Shown here one piece after another: positions 28,346 to 37,861 of a stretch of DNA of 64,000 bases. Each line of letters starts with the position of its first letter. Positions within the stretch are counted from its first letter, which is position 1. Origin of the DNA: Oligoflexia bacterium (GTDB lineage: Bacteria > Bdellovibrionota > UBA1018); assembly GCA_014378465.1 (NCBI GenBank), contig JACMNQ010000057.1, forward strand, positions 134,103 through 198,102. Reading direction: 5' to 3'. Both the position numbers and the translations under genes were made by a program. Under the pieces are notes generated by a model that did not search any database, was not told the origin of the DNA, and saw only the letters and a list, made by a program, of their open reading frames with translations.

Positions 28346-30940
28346 TCAATGAAGATCAGACTGCAGGATTTCGATGGGCTTGCTGTGCAGAACCGCACGA
28401 GTCGCCACCCAGGTCGTGAAAGCGCTGATCGCGGTGATCGCAAAAACACTTGAAAGGGGCACTTTCCAGCTGAATATCCAGAGTCCGTCGAAGAGAAATC
28501 GCGAAAGCAGGAAACTCAGGGCCAGACTCAGCGTTGCTCCCAGAAGTGAAGCTGAAGCGGCGAGAACTGAGAACTCGAGGAGGTAGATACCTCGAATGTC
28601 TCCGAACTTCGCGCCCAGGATCTTGAGAAGATGAGTCTCCGTCCTGCGGCTCTGGGCCTGATGATTCGCGATCGAGAAGACCACGACGAACCCGGAGAAA
28701 AGGGAAAGCCAGGCCATCAGTTCGATGGCCCATCCCATCTGCACGAAAAGATTAAGCAGCTTCTGAATGACCTGAGTGATGTCGACGATCGAAATGTTCG
28801 GAAACTGCTTCACCAGGCGGTTCTGGAGCTGAGCTCGCTGATTCAGGTTCAGACGGGGCACGGAGGCAAGGAAAGTCTTCGGAGCGTCATCGAGCGCTCC
28901 TGGCTGAAACTGAATGAAGAAGTTCGGCTGAAAGCTGGTCCACTTGACCTTCCTGAAGTTGACGACCTTGCCGGAAATCGGCACTCCCTGGACATCAAAT
29001 GTCAGCAAGTCTCCCAGTCTGATCTTCAGCCGGTCCGCGAAATCCTTCTCTACCGAAAGCTCCGCGGGCACTTCAATTTCCTGCCCCGTCGTGCCCTCGG
29101 AACTTTTCGATTCGTAACGACCCGTGAAAGGCCTGCCTTTCACGATCGTTTCGGCTTCGGTCAGATTCAATCGATAGGTCAGATTGAATCCTCGATTTCG
29201 TGAACGTTCATCCCTTTCCTCTTCGCGAGTGTTCGCCTGCGTGGGATCGGTCCTTTTCTCAAACGGGAGACCATTGATTCTTTCAAGACGGGCGCGAATC
29301 AAGGGTGAAATACCAGTCAACCTGCTGCCCGACTCCGAAATAAAGCGGGTCAAGGGAGCAACCTGCTCTTCTTGAATGTCGAAAAAGAAGAGGCTCGGGA
29401 CTTCGGAAACTTCCGGCCGAACGATTTCAGTTTCGAGGTTCTTCTGGATCTGGGGGATCAGATTGATGAGCAGTGAACCAAGCCCGATGGCAAGAAAACA
29501 GGACAGTGAACTGACCCGGTGACGAGAAAGACTCCGAAGCGCCATCCTGAGGCGGAGTCCAAGGCCGCTTGCCCGACGTCCGATTGCCGCGAGCCCGACG
29601 TTGCCGAGGAGGGCCTGAATGATTCCAGCGATCAGAAACCCGCCCACGAAAAGGCTACCGACCTTCCACGAATTGGCCTGCCAGACCGCAAGTCCCCAGA
29701 AAATGGAGAGAGCCGGGAACCACGCGAAGAGTGACTTCAGCCGAAATTCTTCGGTTCCCTCAGTTTCCATGGATTCCTGAAAAAGGGCATTGGCACTCAG
29801 ATGCCGAATCTTCTCAAGGAGTGGCCAGCAGATGAGCACGCTGCCGGTGATGCCGAGGACCAATGCCAGAATCAGACTTCTCGGTGTCCAGAAGTACTGG
29901 ATCGGCAGATGAAAGTGACGATTCAGAAACGCGGTCAACTGCGGCAGCACTGCCGCACTCGCCAGGGAAGCGATGATCGCTGCAAATCCACCCAGAATGG
30001 CGAGTTGAAGGAGGTAGATCTTTCGTGCATTGGCCTGAGTGACCCCCAGACTCATGTAGACGGCGATCTCCTTCAGTCGCATCGCCAGAAAACTGCGAAA
30101 GAGATAACCCGCACCCACCGCCGCAAGAAAAAGAGCAACGAGCGATACGAGGCCGAGGTAGTCGTTCAGGTAATCCATGAATCTGCCGGTCTGAGCGCTC
30201 GAAGTTCGGTGATTGACCACCTGAAGTGAAGGGTCTTCGAGCGCAGCGTCGAGCCTGGAGAGGACGACTTCGGAGTCATCGTGCGGAAGCTTGAAAAACC
30301 AGCGATAAGTCACCGTACTTCCCTGCTGCACGAGTTCGGTCTTCTTCAGCGCTTCCTTGCCGAGGTACACCCTCGGCGCAAGGGACATTCCCTGCCAGCT
30401 GCTGGAGGTATCAGCCTGGATGAAGTCCGCGATCCTGAACGTCAGCGCGCCGATCTTGAGCGGCTCCCCCTGCCTCACGTTCATCTGCGCCTGAAACTCG
30501 GGAGACACCCAGACTTCGGGCAGCTGATTGATTTCCTTTGAATCCGATCCATGAATTCTGCGCCCTGAGCGCAGTAAAATTTCACCGTAAAGAGGATAGT
30601 GCTCATCAATCGCCACAAGCTCGACCAGCCGACTCATGGAGCCGGAGTTGTCCGTGCCCACCATGGAATAGAGCACGGTCGCCTGGCTTTGTTCAGCACC
30701 GGGGCCAACGCTCTGTTTAATCTTCAGAGATTCGGCCGGGGTCAAAGCTCTGCGCGCCGAAACTGCAACGTCCGCGGTCAACATGGCCTTGGACTGGGCA
30801 CTCAGACTTCTCTCAAAGGAAGTCTTGAAAGCGTCCAGACACAGAAAGCCGAACAGGCCCAGCGCCAGATTGAAGATGAAGAACAGACTGAAACGCCGGC
30901 TCTGCACAATCTCTCGCCAGGCGAACTTGAGCCACATCAT
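28346..30940 (-). CDS. ABC transporter permease, FtsX/YbbP-like
   Basis: Two FtsX-type halves; FFFDIQ.EQ and R.V.W.SFQPNFF; coupled to the ATPase. Confidence 0.9.
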   Translation of the reverse strand: MMWLKFAWREIVQSRRFSLFFIFNLALGLFGFLCLDAFKTSFERSLSAQSKAMLTADVAVSARRALTPAESLKIKQSVGPGAEQSQATVLYSMVGTDNSGSMSRLVELVAIDEHYPLYGEILLRSGRRIHGSDSKEINQLPEVWVSPEFQAQMNVRQGEPLKIGALTFRIADFIQADTSSSWQGMSLAPRVYLGKEALKKTELVQQGSTVTYRWFFKLPHDDSEVVLSRLDAALEDPSLQVVNHRTSSAQTGRFMDYLNDYLGLVSLVALFLAAVGAGYLFRSFLAMRLKEIAVYMSLGVTQANARKIYLLQLAILGGFAAIIASLASAAVLPQLTAFLNRHFHLPIQYFWTPRSLILALVLGITGSVLICWPLLEKIRHLSANALFQESMETEGTEEFRLKSLFAWFPALSIFWGLAVWQANSWKVGSLFVGGFLIAGIIQALLGNVGLAAIGRRASGLGLRLRMALRSLSRHRVSSLSCFLAIGLGSLLINLIPQIQKNLETEIVRPEVSEVPSLFFFDIQEEQVAPLTRFISESGSRLTGISPLIRARLERINGLPFEKRTDPTQANTREEERDERSRNRGFNLTYRLNLTEAETIVKGRPFTGRYESKSSEGTTGQEIEVPAELSVEKDFADRLKIRLGDLLTFDVQGVPISGKVVNFRKVKWTSFQPNFFIQFQPGALDDAPKTFLASVPRLNLNQRAQLQNRLVKQFPNISIVDITQVIQKLLNLFVQMGWAIELMAWLSLFSGFVVVFSIANHQAQSRRTETHLLKILGAKFGDIRGIYLLEFSVLAASASLLGATLSLALSFLLSRFLFDGLWIFSWKVPLSSVFAITAISAFTTWVATRAVLHSKPIEILQSDLH

Positions 30941-31620
30941 TCGGTGACACTCAACCTGCCCTGCTCCAGAACCCATTGGCGATCGCACCGCCGAGCCAGT
31001 TCATCGCTGTGGGTCACCAGAATGAGCGTCATCATCTCACTCCTCGCGAGATCAAAAAGCAGGTCCATCACGTAACGACCCGTCTTCGTGTCGAGACTTC
31101 CGCTCGGTTCATCGGCCAGGAGCAGACTCGGCTGGACGACAAAGGCGCGGGCAATCGCCACTCTCTGCCTTTCGCCTCCACTCAGCTGCGAAGGCATGTG
31201 ATTTTCCCTATGGGAAAGTCCCACTTGCTGAAGAGCTTTCCTGGATCTGGTCTTGAATTCCGCATCGCGGCTGATCTCCAGCGGCAATGAAACATTTTCT
31301 AGCGCAGTGAGATTGGACATCAGATGAAACTGTTGAAAGATGATTCCCAGATTTCGGGAACGGAAGTCCGCGAGCGCCGCCTCCCCCAGCGTTGAAATTT
31401 CCTGGCCACCGATCTGGATCGTCCCGCGTGTCGGCTGATCGAGTCCTGCAAGAAGTGACAGGAGAGTCGACTTGCCGCTGCCGGATTGGCCGGTGATCGC
31501 GACCGTTTCACCTCGGCCCACTTCAAGATCAACCCCACTGAGCACTTCAATCGTCGAGTCCCCCTGTCGATAACTCTTGCAGACTCCGCGAACGTCAACT
31601 TGAAGGGAAGAGTCTTTCAC
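30937..31620 (-). CDS. ABC transporter ATP-binding protein, YbbA/LolD-like
   Basis: [23 protein letters not shown] and LLADEP motifs. Confidence 0.93.
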   Translation of the reverse strand: MKDSSLQVDVRGVCKSYRQGDSTIEVLSGVDLEVGRGETVAITGQSGSGKSTLLSLLAGLDQPTRGTIQIGGQEISTLGEAALADFRSRNLGIIFQQFHLMSNLTALENVSLPLEISRDAEFKTRSRKALQQVGLSHRENHMPSQLSGGERQRVAIARAFVVQPSLLLADEPSGSLDTKTGRYVMDLLFDLARSEMMTLILVTHSDELARRCDRQWVLEQGRLSVTE

Positions 31621-32309
31621 AGGAGTGGCTCCAGGTAACGGTCGACGGTTCTGGAAATGATCTCGTGGCCTTTCGGATTGGGATGGATCCCATCCTCGAT
31701 GTTCAGGTCTGGATGGGCAGCCACTCCTTCGAGCAGAAAGGGGATCATGGGAATCTGATAGGAGTGGGATAGATCCTTGAAAAGAGCTTCGAACTCGCGA
31801 GTATAGGCTTTGCCGTAATTGGGCGGCATCTTCATGCCCGCAATCAGGACTTTCATCCGATTTTTCAAGGCGAGCTCGACGACGTCTGCGAGATTCTTCC
31901 GTGTCTGCTGCACGCTGACGCCGCGCAGGCCATCATTGGCTCCGAGAGCGAGAATCAGAATCGAAGGATGCGCTTTGAGATACCACTTGAACCGCGAGAG
32001 ACCACTGGCAGTTGTGGATCCGCTCACTCCCCCATTGATCACGGTAAACTTGTGCCGTTCAGCGCTTCGAGAGGAGTGGTTCAATCTTTTCTCGAGAAGA
32101 GCCGGAAAAGCCTGCTCTTTCGTGTTTCCGTAGCCTTCTGTCAATGAATCCCCGAGCACCAGGATGACCTGAGCGCCAGTGGCATCAGCGCCCTGAGAAG
32201 TGGAAGCGGCTTTTCTCGGAGCCGATATCTCCGCAGCAGAGAGCGGCTGCAGAGTGAGCAAAACAAGAAGCAGACTGGAGAGGAGGCCCGATCGGAATGA
32301 GTGAGGCAT
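31617..32309 (-). CDS. tesA: Arylesterase/thioesterase I (SGNH hydrolase)
   Basis: GDSLT, GVSG.T, LGANDGLRG and DGIHPN; signal peptide. Confidence 0.9.
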   Translation of the reverse strand: MPHSFRSGLLSSLLLVLLTLQPLSAAEISAPRKAASTSQGADATGAQVILVLGDSLTEGYGNTKEQAFPALLEKRLNHSSRSAERHKFTVINGGVSGSTTASGLSRFKWYLKAHPSILILALGANDGLRGVSVQQTRKNLADVVELALKNRMKVLIAGMKMPPNYGKAYTREFEALFKDLSHSYQIPMIPFLLEGVAAHPDLNIEDGIHPNPKGHEIISRTVDRYLEPLL

Positions 32310-32343
32310 GCTGGATTCAGCTTAGATCAGAAAGCCGATAAGA

Positions 32344-32715
32344 TTAAGCGGATAAAGAGGAATCTGAATGAGAGGGCGCAGCGGGGACATTGACTCGCTG
32401 CTCACTTGGCTTGCTCGCTCGCGATTCAACTCTACTTTCAACTTCTCCTTCGACAGGTGCTTCAACTTTCCTGTGATGAATTACAATCCCCAGACCGACC
32501 AGGCTACTGATCAGGAGGAGCACGTTCGTGACGAGAAATACGTAATTGTGAAGCATGCCGCTGTAAATGATGAAGCCTGCGTTCGCGAGGATCTCGCCGA
32601 TGTAAAGCCACTTCGATACCCCACGACTTGTCTTTTCAGACCACTGCTTGTAAATCTGCTTGCCGATCGTCAGCAACAAGATGAACGAGCTCGCCCAGCC
32701 AATGATTTCCTGCAT
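32344..32715 (-). CDS. PQ-loop/SemiSWEET-like 3-TM protein
   Basis: IGW.SS.ILL.T...QIYKQW....S.GVS.WL; three TM helices. Confidence 0.75.
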   Translation of the reverse strand: MQEIIGWASSFILLLTIGKQIYKQWSEKTSRGVSKWLYIGEILANAGFIIYSGMLHNYVFLVTNVLLLISSLVGLGIVIHHRKVEAPVEGEVESRVESRASKPSEQRVNVPAAPSHSDSSLSA

Positions 32716-32764
32716 CTTAGCGCCGGAAATTGCAATCGTCATACCGAATCAGGATGGGAAGGGA

Positions 32765-33988
32765 TCAATGCAGAGGAGAAGGTTCGGCGGGGACCGCCCA
32801 TTCAGGCGGGGTCATGACCAGCTTGAGGTAGGAACGCTGGTTTCCAGGCAAATGCGGGGAATAAGTGGGGGTGCCCATTCCCAGAAATTCCGGCCAGATC
32901 GGAAATGGATCAGAAAGCTGTGACCAATCACACTTCATTTCGGCGTCGGTCAACAGGCAGGAGTCCAACTGGGAAATCCAGGCGGCCGCATCGATCAAAT
33001 CACCCACGAAGGCGATTTCGGTATAGCGTTCAGCCATTGGATCAGCAGGCTGATCCATGAGGTACCGCTCAGACCAGAAACCTTCAGGCGTGAAGTGAAG
33101 AGTTGAAGGTCCAACCTGACTCAAGTTAATTGCGACTTCTCTTCTTGAAGCCAGCCATACCTGCCCGTAGCTTCTCAGGATGTGATCCGGCCAGGCCTCA
33201 ATCAGGGAGGCGAGACGCTCGGGATGAAAAGGGCGATAGCGTTTGTAAACCAGGGAAGAAACGGGTTCTTCCGGCACTGTTCCGTCGCACCGAAGAACCG
33301 CCTGCTTCCAAGCAGCTCCTTCCAAGGTATACTGCTCATCATAAAGTCCTGTTTTCAAAACTTCTGAGCTGGCGAAGTCAAAATCCTGAGTGCACAGAAA
33401 CTTGGCCCTCGGCTGCAGTGTCTGAAGAATCGTCTCGATTTCATCCAGGCGATTTCCGCCTGATCGGCGACCGAACCGCTTGTAGCCTGAATTGAGAATG
33501 ATCACGTCGCAAAGCTCGACTTGTTCAACCATCAGCTCGACTGCGTCCAAACCATCCATTTTCTGGGGTTCGCGAACATAGTCTTCCCAAAACCGATGTG
33601 CGCCGACGACGCAGACCAGAGTGTCCAACTCGATTTTGCCTACCAAACCCGGCTCATCTTCTTCGAGGAGCGAAAAAGTATCGACGATCACCTGAGGATC
33701 GCAGTCCTCTGCGGCTTCGATGATCAGACAATCAATGGGATGGGTGTGAATGTACGATTTGATGGCGAGAAGAAGGTCTTGGCGGGTGCCACATTGCGTG
33801 CACCCACCTTCTTCACTTGTGAGCTTTGGATCGTCCAGAACTCCGACGCGAAGCTCTGGAGAAGTCGAGACGAGGGAGCGAATCAGCTCAGACTTGCCGA
33901 CGTTGGCAAGTCCCATGACTACGGTCACCGGAATCGGATGAGTTCCCTCAATCCGCTCAGGTCGCCGAAATGGGATAATCTGAGCCAC
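32765..33988 (-). CDS. COG0523/CobW-family metallochaperone with degenerate GTPase motifs
   Basis: GLANVGKS, GCTQC..RQDL, LDTLVCVV, VEQVELCDVIILN and a CobW_C domain (RPFHPERL, LDSCLLTDAE, W..L.DPFP.W). Confidence 0.85.
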   Translation of the reverse strand: MAQIIPFRRPERIEGTHPIPVTVVMGLANVGKSELIRSLVSTSPELRVGVLDDPKLTSEEGGCTQCGTRQDLLLAIKSYIHTHPIDCLIIEAAEDCDPQVIVDTFSLLEEDEPGLVGKIELDTLVCVVGAHRFWEDYVREPQKMDGLDAVELMVEQVELCDVIILNSGYKRFGRRSGGNRLDEIETILQTLQPRAKFLCTQDFDFASSEVLKTGLYDEQYTLEGAAWKQAVLRCDGTVPEEPVSSLVYKRYRPFHPERLASLIEAWPDHILRSYGQVWLASRREVAINLSQVGPSTLHFTPEGFWSERYLMDQPADPMAERYTEIAFVGDLIDAAAWISQLDSCLLTDAEMKCDWSQLSDPFPIWPEFLGMGTPTYSPHLPGNQRSYLKLVMTPPEWAVPAEPSPLH

Positions 33989-34000
33989 TCAAACTCCAGC

Positions 34001-34306
34001 TTACCAGCTGGACTTGGTCACACCAGGAATCTGTCCAGTGTTTGCAAGTTCACGGAATTTGATTCGGCAAACATTGAACTTACGCAAGAAACCGCGAGGG
34101 CGTCCGGTGAGTTCACAACGATTGCGAACACGGATTTCCAGAGAGGACTTCGGCAAAGAGCCGAGCTTCTTGCGGGCAGCAACACGCTCATCTTCAGTCA
34201 ACTTCATGTTCTTCGACTTGGCGCGGAGCTCAATGCGGAGGCCCTTGTGAAGCTCAACCATTTTCTTACGCTTATTGTTCGTTTCTACTTTGCCTTTTTT
34301 TGCCAT
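34001..34306 (-). CDS. rpsN: 30S ribosomal protein S14, long zinc-independent form (101 aa)
   Basis: [36 protein letters not shown]. Confidence 0.97.
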   Translation of the reverse strand: MAKKGKVETNNKRKKMVELHKGLRIELRAKSKNMKLTEDERVAARKKLGSLPKSSLEIRVRNRCELTGRPRGFLRKFNVCRIKFRELANTGQIPGVTKSSW

Positions 34307-34320
34307 GAACTTTCCTTCTC

Positions 34321-34563
34321 TTACTTCCTGTAACGGCGATTGAACTTTTCGATGCGGCCAGCGGTATCCATGATACGCTCTTGTCCCGTGAAAAATGGGT
34401 GAGAAGCTGAAGAAATTTCCACCTTGATCAGTGGATACTCTTTGCCATCTTCCCATTTAATGGTGTCTTTCGCGCCTTGGCAGGAACGAGTCAAAAATTT
34501 AAAATCAGATGAGAGGTCTTGGAAAACGACTTCTCTGTACTCAGGATGAATTCCCTGTTTCAT
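34321..34563 (-). CDS. rpmE2: 50S ribosomal protein L31 type B (zinc-independent)
   Basis: [25 protein letters not shown] and [11 protein letters not shown]. Confidence 0.96.
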   Translation of the reverse strand: MKQGIHPEYREVVFQDLSSDFKFLTRSCQGAKDTIKWEDGKEYPLIKVEISSASHPFFTGQERIMDTAGRIEKFNRRYRK

Positions 34564-34579
34564 AGATACTCCAGTTAAT

Positions 34580-34864
34580 TTAGGCTTTGCGAGCCCGAAT
34601 GAGTGAACATTTTATTGAAGCCAAACGCTCAGAGAGGTTTTCGGCTTTGGCATGCATGATCGCGTTTGAGATGCCGCCTTGCTTGTCAATCGTGCGGATT
34701 GCGCGAGTCGAGAGCTTGAGGCTCACAACCTGGCCGAGCTCAGGAATGGTAAACTTCTTATTTTTGACATTCGGCAACCAGCGGGTGCGGGTTTTAGTGT
34801 TCGAGTGACTGACCAGATTTCCAGTCACAGGGCGCAGGCCGGTTAATTCACAAACTCTCGACAT
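34580..34864 (-). CDS. rpmB: 50S ribosomal protein L28
   Basis: MSRVCELTG....GN.VSHSN.KTR.RW.PN. Confidence 0.96.
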   Translation of the reverse strand: MSRVCELTGLRPVTGNLVSHSNTKTRTRWLPNVKNKKFTIPELGQVVSLKLSTRAIRTIDKQGGISNAIMHAKAENLSERLASIKCSLIRARKA

Positions 34865-34895
34865 GAGATCTCCTTAAACTTGAACGTAAACTTTG

Positions 34896-35228
34896 TTAAG
34901 CCAGTACCTGGCCGCTAGATTTCGCGAGGCGAACGAACTTGCCATTCACTTCTTTTTTACCAATGCGGGTCGGCTTGCCATTCTTCGGGTCAACCAACAT
35001 TACATTGGAGTAATGAATCGGAAGGGTCTTCTGGATCGTTCCGCCCTGTGGACTCTGCTGACTTGGCTTGGTGTGACGAGTGACGAGGTTGACACCTTCG
35101 ACCATCACACGGTCATCTTTGGCAACAATTTCAATAATTTTGCCCTGTTTGCCTTTGTCTTTACCAGCAATCACGGTGACCAGGTCACCCTTTTTCAGCT
35201 TAAATTTTTTCTTTTCTACTGCAGCCAT
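34896..35228 (-). CDS. rplX: 50S ribosomal protein L24 (outside the spc operon, Cys-free)
   Basis: KOW motif [20 protein letters not shown]...RH.KP and PIH.SNVML; AGGAG RBS. Confidence 0.95.
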   Translation of the reverse strand: MAAVEKKKFKLKKGDLVTVIAGKDKGKQGKIIEIVAKDDRVMVEGVNLVTRHTKPSQQSPQGGTIQKTLPIHYSNVMLVDPKNGKPTRIGKKEVNGKFVRLAKSSGQVLA

Positions 35229-35650
35229 AATCCTAAAGCTCCTTGTCAAACCCGCGCCGTCTCACATCACACCGCTGATGCAGGGGTGAATTTTCTCAGT
35301 CATAAAGCTATTTTGAATCAGTTTCCAGAGTCTTCTGCTCGAAATGCGTCAAAAAAAGCGATTCATCAGCTTTTTTTGGCAAAAAAAGCGACTTTTCTGA
35401 TTGATGAGCGGTATCCATACCTCAAAATTAAAAAAACTCACTCTTAAATTTTAAGATGTGCTGCGTTATTTTTGAATCATTTCGGGTGACTCAGGCTGCT
35501 GCGGCGAGCTCTCACTGCACGAAGGCGACCCGAACCCTCATTTTCAACGCCTCCCCGACTCCAGTCGACCTGGCCGCGCACCCTTTAAATGGAAGAGGGG
35601 GCGCTGCTCACCGAAGCGCGCCCCCTCCCCCCCCCTCTATTGATTCCGAG

Positions 35651-36199
35651 CTAAACCGATTTGCGCCTTTTGTGGCCCGAATGGGGATTCTGAGCCACTC
35701 CTGGCTGCGCAATAGGGTACTTAAGCTTCGAAAGCAGTTCATCTCGATGGATCTGCATCCAGGTTCCCAGATCTGCAAAGAAGTCTTCTCTGGCCCGAGC
35801 CAGGAGTGCGATTTCAGCCTGCTCCTCTCGCAGATGAAGTTCAAAGTTCTGGATCATCCCATCGAAAATCCGGTTGAACTCCGGGTCTTCCTGATTGATT
35901 TTTTTCAGCTCTGGAATTCGCTTCATGCCTTCATTCATGGACTTCAGACTTTCAAAAGCAACTTTCCTTCCGAAATACTTCTCGAGCAGAGGGTAGAGCA
36001 CTGAATCTTCTATCGCAGCATGAATTTCCAGTTGCATGAAAATTTCATTCACCATGGCCCGTTTCAACTCCGGGGCACGCAGATCCACGGTTTCAAATAG
36101 GCGAAAAAACTGCGTGATTCGTCTTCGGTTCCGATCGAGAAAATCACCCGCGCTGATTTTTTGGTGAGCCATTTCCGCAGAATTTCCAGACTGATTCAT
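35651..36199 (-). CDS. Hemerythrin-like domain protein (incomplete ligand set)
   Basis: LEIHAAIEDSVLYP and H..EE motifs. Confidence 0.75.
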   Translation of the reverse strand: MNQSGNSAEMAHQKISAGDFLDRNRRRITQFFRLFETVDLRAPELKRAMVNEIFMQLEIHAAIEDSVLYPLLEKYFGRKVAFESLKSMNEGMKRIPELKKINQEDPEFNRIFDGMIQNFELHLREEQAEIALLARAREDFFADLGTWMQIHRDELLSKLKYPIAQPGVAQNPHSGHKRRKSV

Positions 36200-36259
36200 T
36201 GATGATCTCCCTCAAGTTGGAATCGCGGACACTGAAAGTTTTTTTTTAATGAGTGAAGA

Positions 36260-36275
36260 CGCAAGAGGTCCGCCA
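36260..36275 (-). promoter_or_regulatory. Putative sigma54 promoter
   Basis: Minus strand TGGCGGACCTCTTGCG, a close match to TGGCAC-N5-TTGC. Confidence 0.6.
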
Positions 36276-36310
36276 GCCGATCTCCCTCCGAGCGGTGCGT
36301 TGAGTCGGGC

Positions 36311-36326
36311 TGGTATCCCAGTTGCA
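36311..36326 (+). promoter_or_regulatory. Putative sigma54 promoter
   Basis: TGGTATCCCAGTTGCA, 80 nt upstream of the small ORF. Confidence 0.6.
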
Positions 36327-36405
36327 TCACTCGCAGCTCAACAGCTGTTCGAATCCATTCGAGTGGCCCGCTTCAATATCAACTCGCTCACCAAGGAGAT
36401 CTCAC

Positions 36406-36615
36406 ATGATCAGACTCACATTGTTTGCAGTCGCCGGTTTTTTTGCCTGGAGAAACCGTTTCGAAATTCAGCGTTTCCTCGGCTCTTACGGCATCAAGAC
36501 TCCACTTCTGGACAGCACCCTTTCTGACACCGTACGTTCCGGTGCAGCAAAGATCACGGGCTCCGTTGAACACGAAGCGCGCAAAATGGATAACGAAAGC
36601 CGCCGCGCGATCTGA
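36406..36615 (+). CDS. Small membrane-anchored hypothetical protein (69 aa)
   Basis: AAGGAG RBS, ATG 36406, hydrophobic N-terminus and a downstream terminator. Confidence 0.7.
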   Translation: MIRLTLFAVAGFFAWRNRFEIQRFLGSYGIKTPLLDSTLSDTVRSGAAKITGSVEHEARKMDNESRRAI

Positions 36616-36657
36616 TCGTGGGCCCATTCGTTCTCAGGCTCTCGTCATGAAAGTTTG

Positions 36658-36694
36658 AAAAAAAAGGCAGCTTCCTCATGAAGCTGCCTTTTTT
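36658..36694. terminator. Bidirectional intrinsic terminator
   Basis: A-tract, GGCAGCTTC-ctcat-GAAGCTGCC, T-tract. Confidence 0.85.
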
Positions 36695-36720
36695 CGACCA
36701 AACGAGTTCAGAAAGCGGCC

Positions 36721-37122
36721 TCAGCCGGTCCCTGAAGCGGCCAGCTTGCCGCGGAGACAGTTGAAATTCTGATCGTCCATGCCCTGCACCTGTTTCAATT
36801 CGTCCACCGACTTGAAACCATTGTGATCCCTGCGGTAGTTGACGATGTCCCTGGAGAGATCGGGTGAAAGCCCGAGCGCCTGAAAGCGCTTTTCTTCCAT
36901 TCGTTTCAGGTCCCCCTTGATTTCCACGGTTCTGACCGTGGGAACCTCACTCTTTTCCGTGATGACCACCTGCCTTTGAGTCTGGATATCCACGTTTCCT
37001 TCACTGGACTGCACCTGACCCAGCGGCGATTGCGGCGCCGCGGAAGCGGGTTGATCCGGTTTCACTTCTCTGCCTCCACAAGCACTGAGGGCAAGGCAGA
37101 GCAGAGTCGCGGACAGGCTCAT
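36721..37122 (-). CDS. Lipoprotein with a ComEA-type helix-hairpin-helix domain
   Basis: Lipobox LSAC; IVNYR...GFKSVDELKQVQGM. Confidence 0.8.
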   Translation of the reverse strand: MSLSATLLCLALSACGGREVKPDQPASAAPQSPLGQVQSSEGNVDIQTQRQVVITEKSEVPTVRTVEIKGDLKRMEEKRFQALGLSPDLSRDIVNYRRDHNGFKSVDELKQVQGMDDQNFNCLRGKLAASGTG

Positions 37123-37136
37123 TGCAAAGTCGGCAG

Positions 37137-37598
37137 TCAGGCTGCGGCCAGATTTTCGCTTCGCGCCGCTTCGAGCTCCACTCCGACCTGTTCCAGCTCT
37201 TCCGCGTCCAGAAGCTCTCGGACTTTTGGGAAAAGCTCGTCCTCTTCCTCTTCGACATGGTGCTGGACGAGCTCCATGAGCTCGTCCAGCTTGTCTTCAA
37301 CCTGTTCGGCGTATTGCTCCTGGTCACTCACCACGAAGAGAACGGTCTGAATTTCATTGAGAAGATCCCGCACTTCCTGGTGATCATCGTAGCTTCCTTC
37401 AATGAGTTCACTCAACTCATCTCGATGGGCGAAGAGCGGGTAGAACGCGGCTTCCTCGATGTTCGAGTGAACTTCGAGTTCCTGCCGGATCAAGGCGAAG
37501 ATCCGTCGCTTTTCGGCGAAGTGATCAGCATTCTGAATCTGTTCGAACAGACTTCGCACCTTCTGATGATCTGCTTCCAAGAGTTCCGTGGCGTCCAT
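37137..37598 (-). CDS. Hemerythrin-like (HHE) domain protein
   Basis: LEADH..V..LF, H..IEE..FYP, DH and HH..EEE..LFP motifs. Confidence 0.9.
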   Translation of the reverse strand: MDATELLEADHQKVRSLFEQIQNADHFAEKRRIFALIRQELEVHSNIEEAAFYPLFAHRDELSELIEGSYDDHQEVRDLLNEIQTVLFVVSDQEQYAEQVEDKLDELMELVQHHVEEEEDELFPKVRELLDAEELEQVGVELEAARSENLAAA

Positions 37599-37861
37599 TT
37601 GCTCGCTCCCTGATTGGCCGTGATGGGTTCAATGGACTGGGAGCAATTTACATGCTGACCGGACGCCGCGACGACCCATTGCCAAAACAGCCAAGAGGCA
37701 GGGTGAATTGAATGGCTCATTTCGCGCTGAGCGCGGGTGCGTTCTTGCAAACTCACACGACGGAGCGCTTCCGGGAACTTGGACCAGCTTATGCTAGCAT
37801 TCCTCCCTGTTGGAAGAAGAACACGCGAAGTGCAACCACCGACAACCAGGAGCATCTGATC

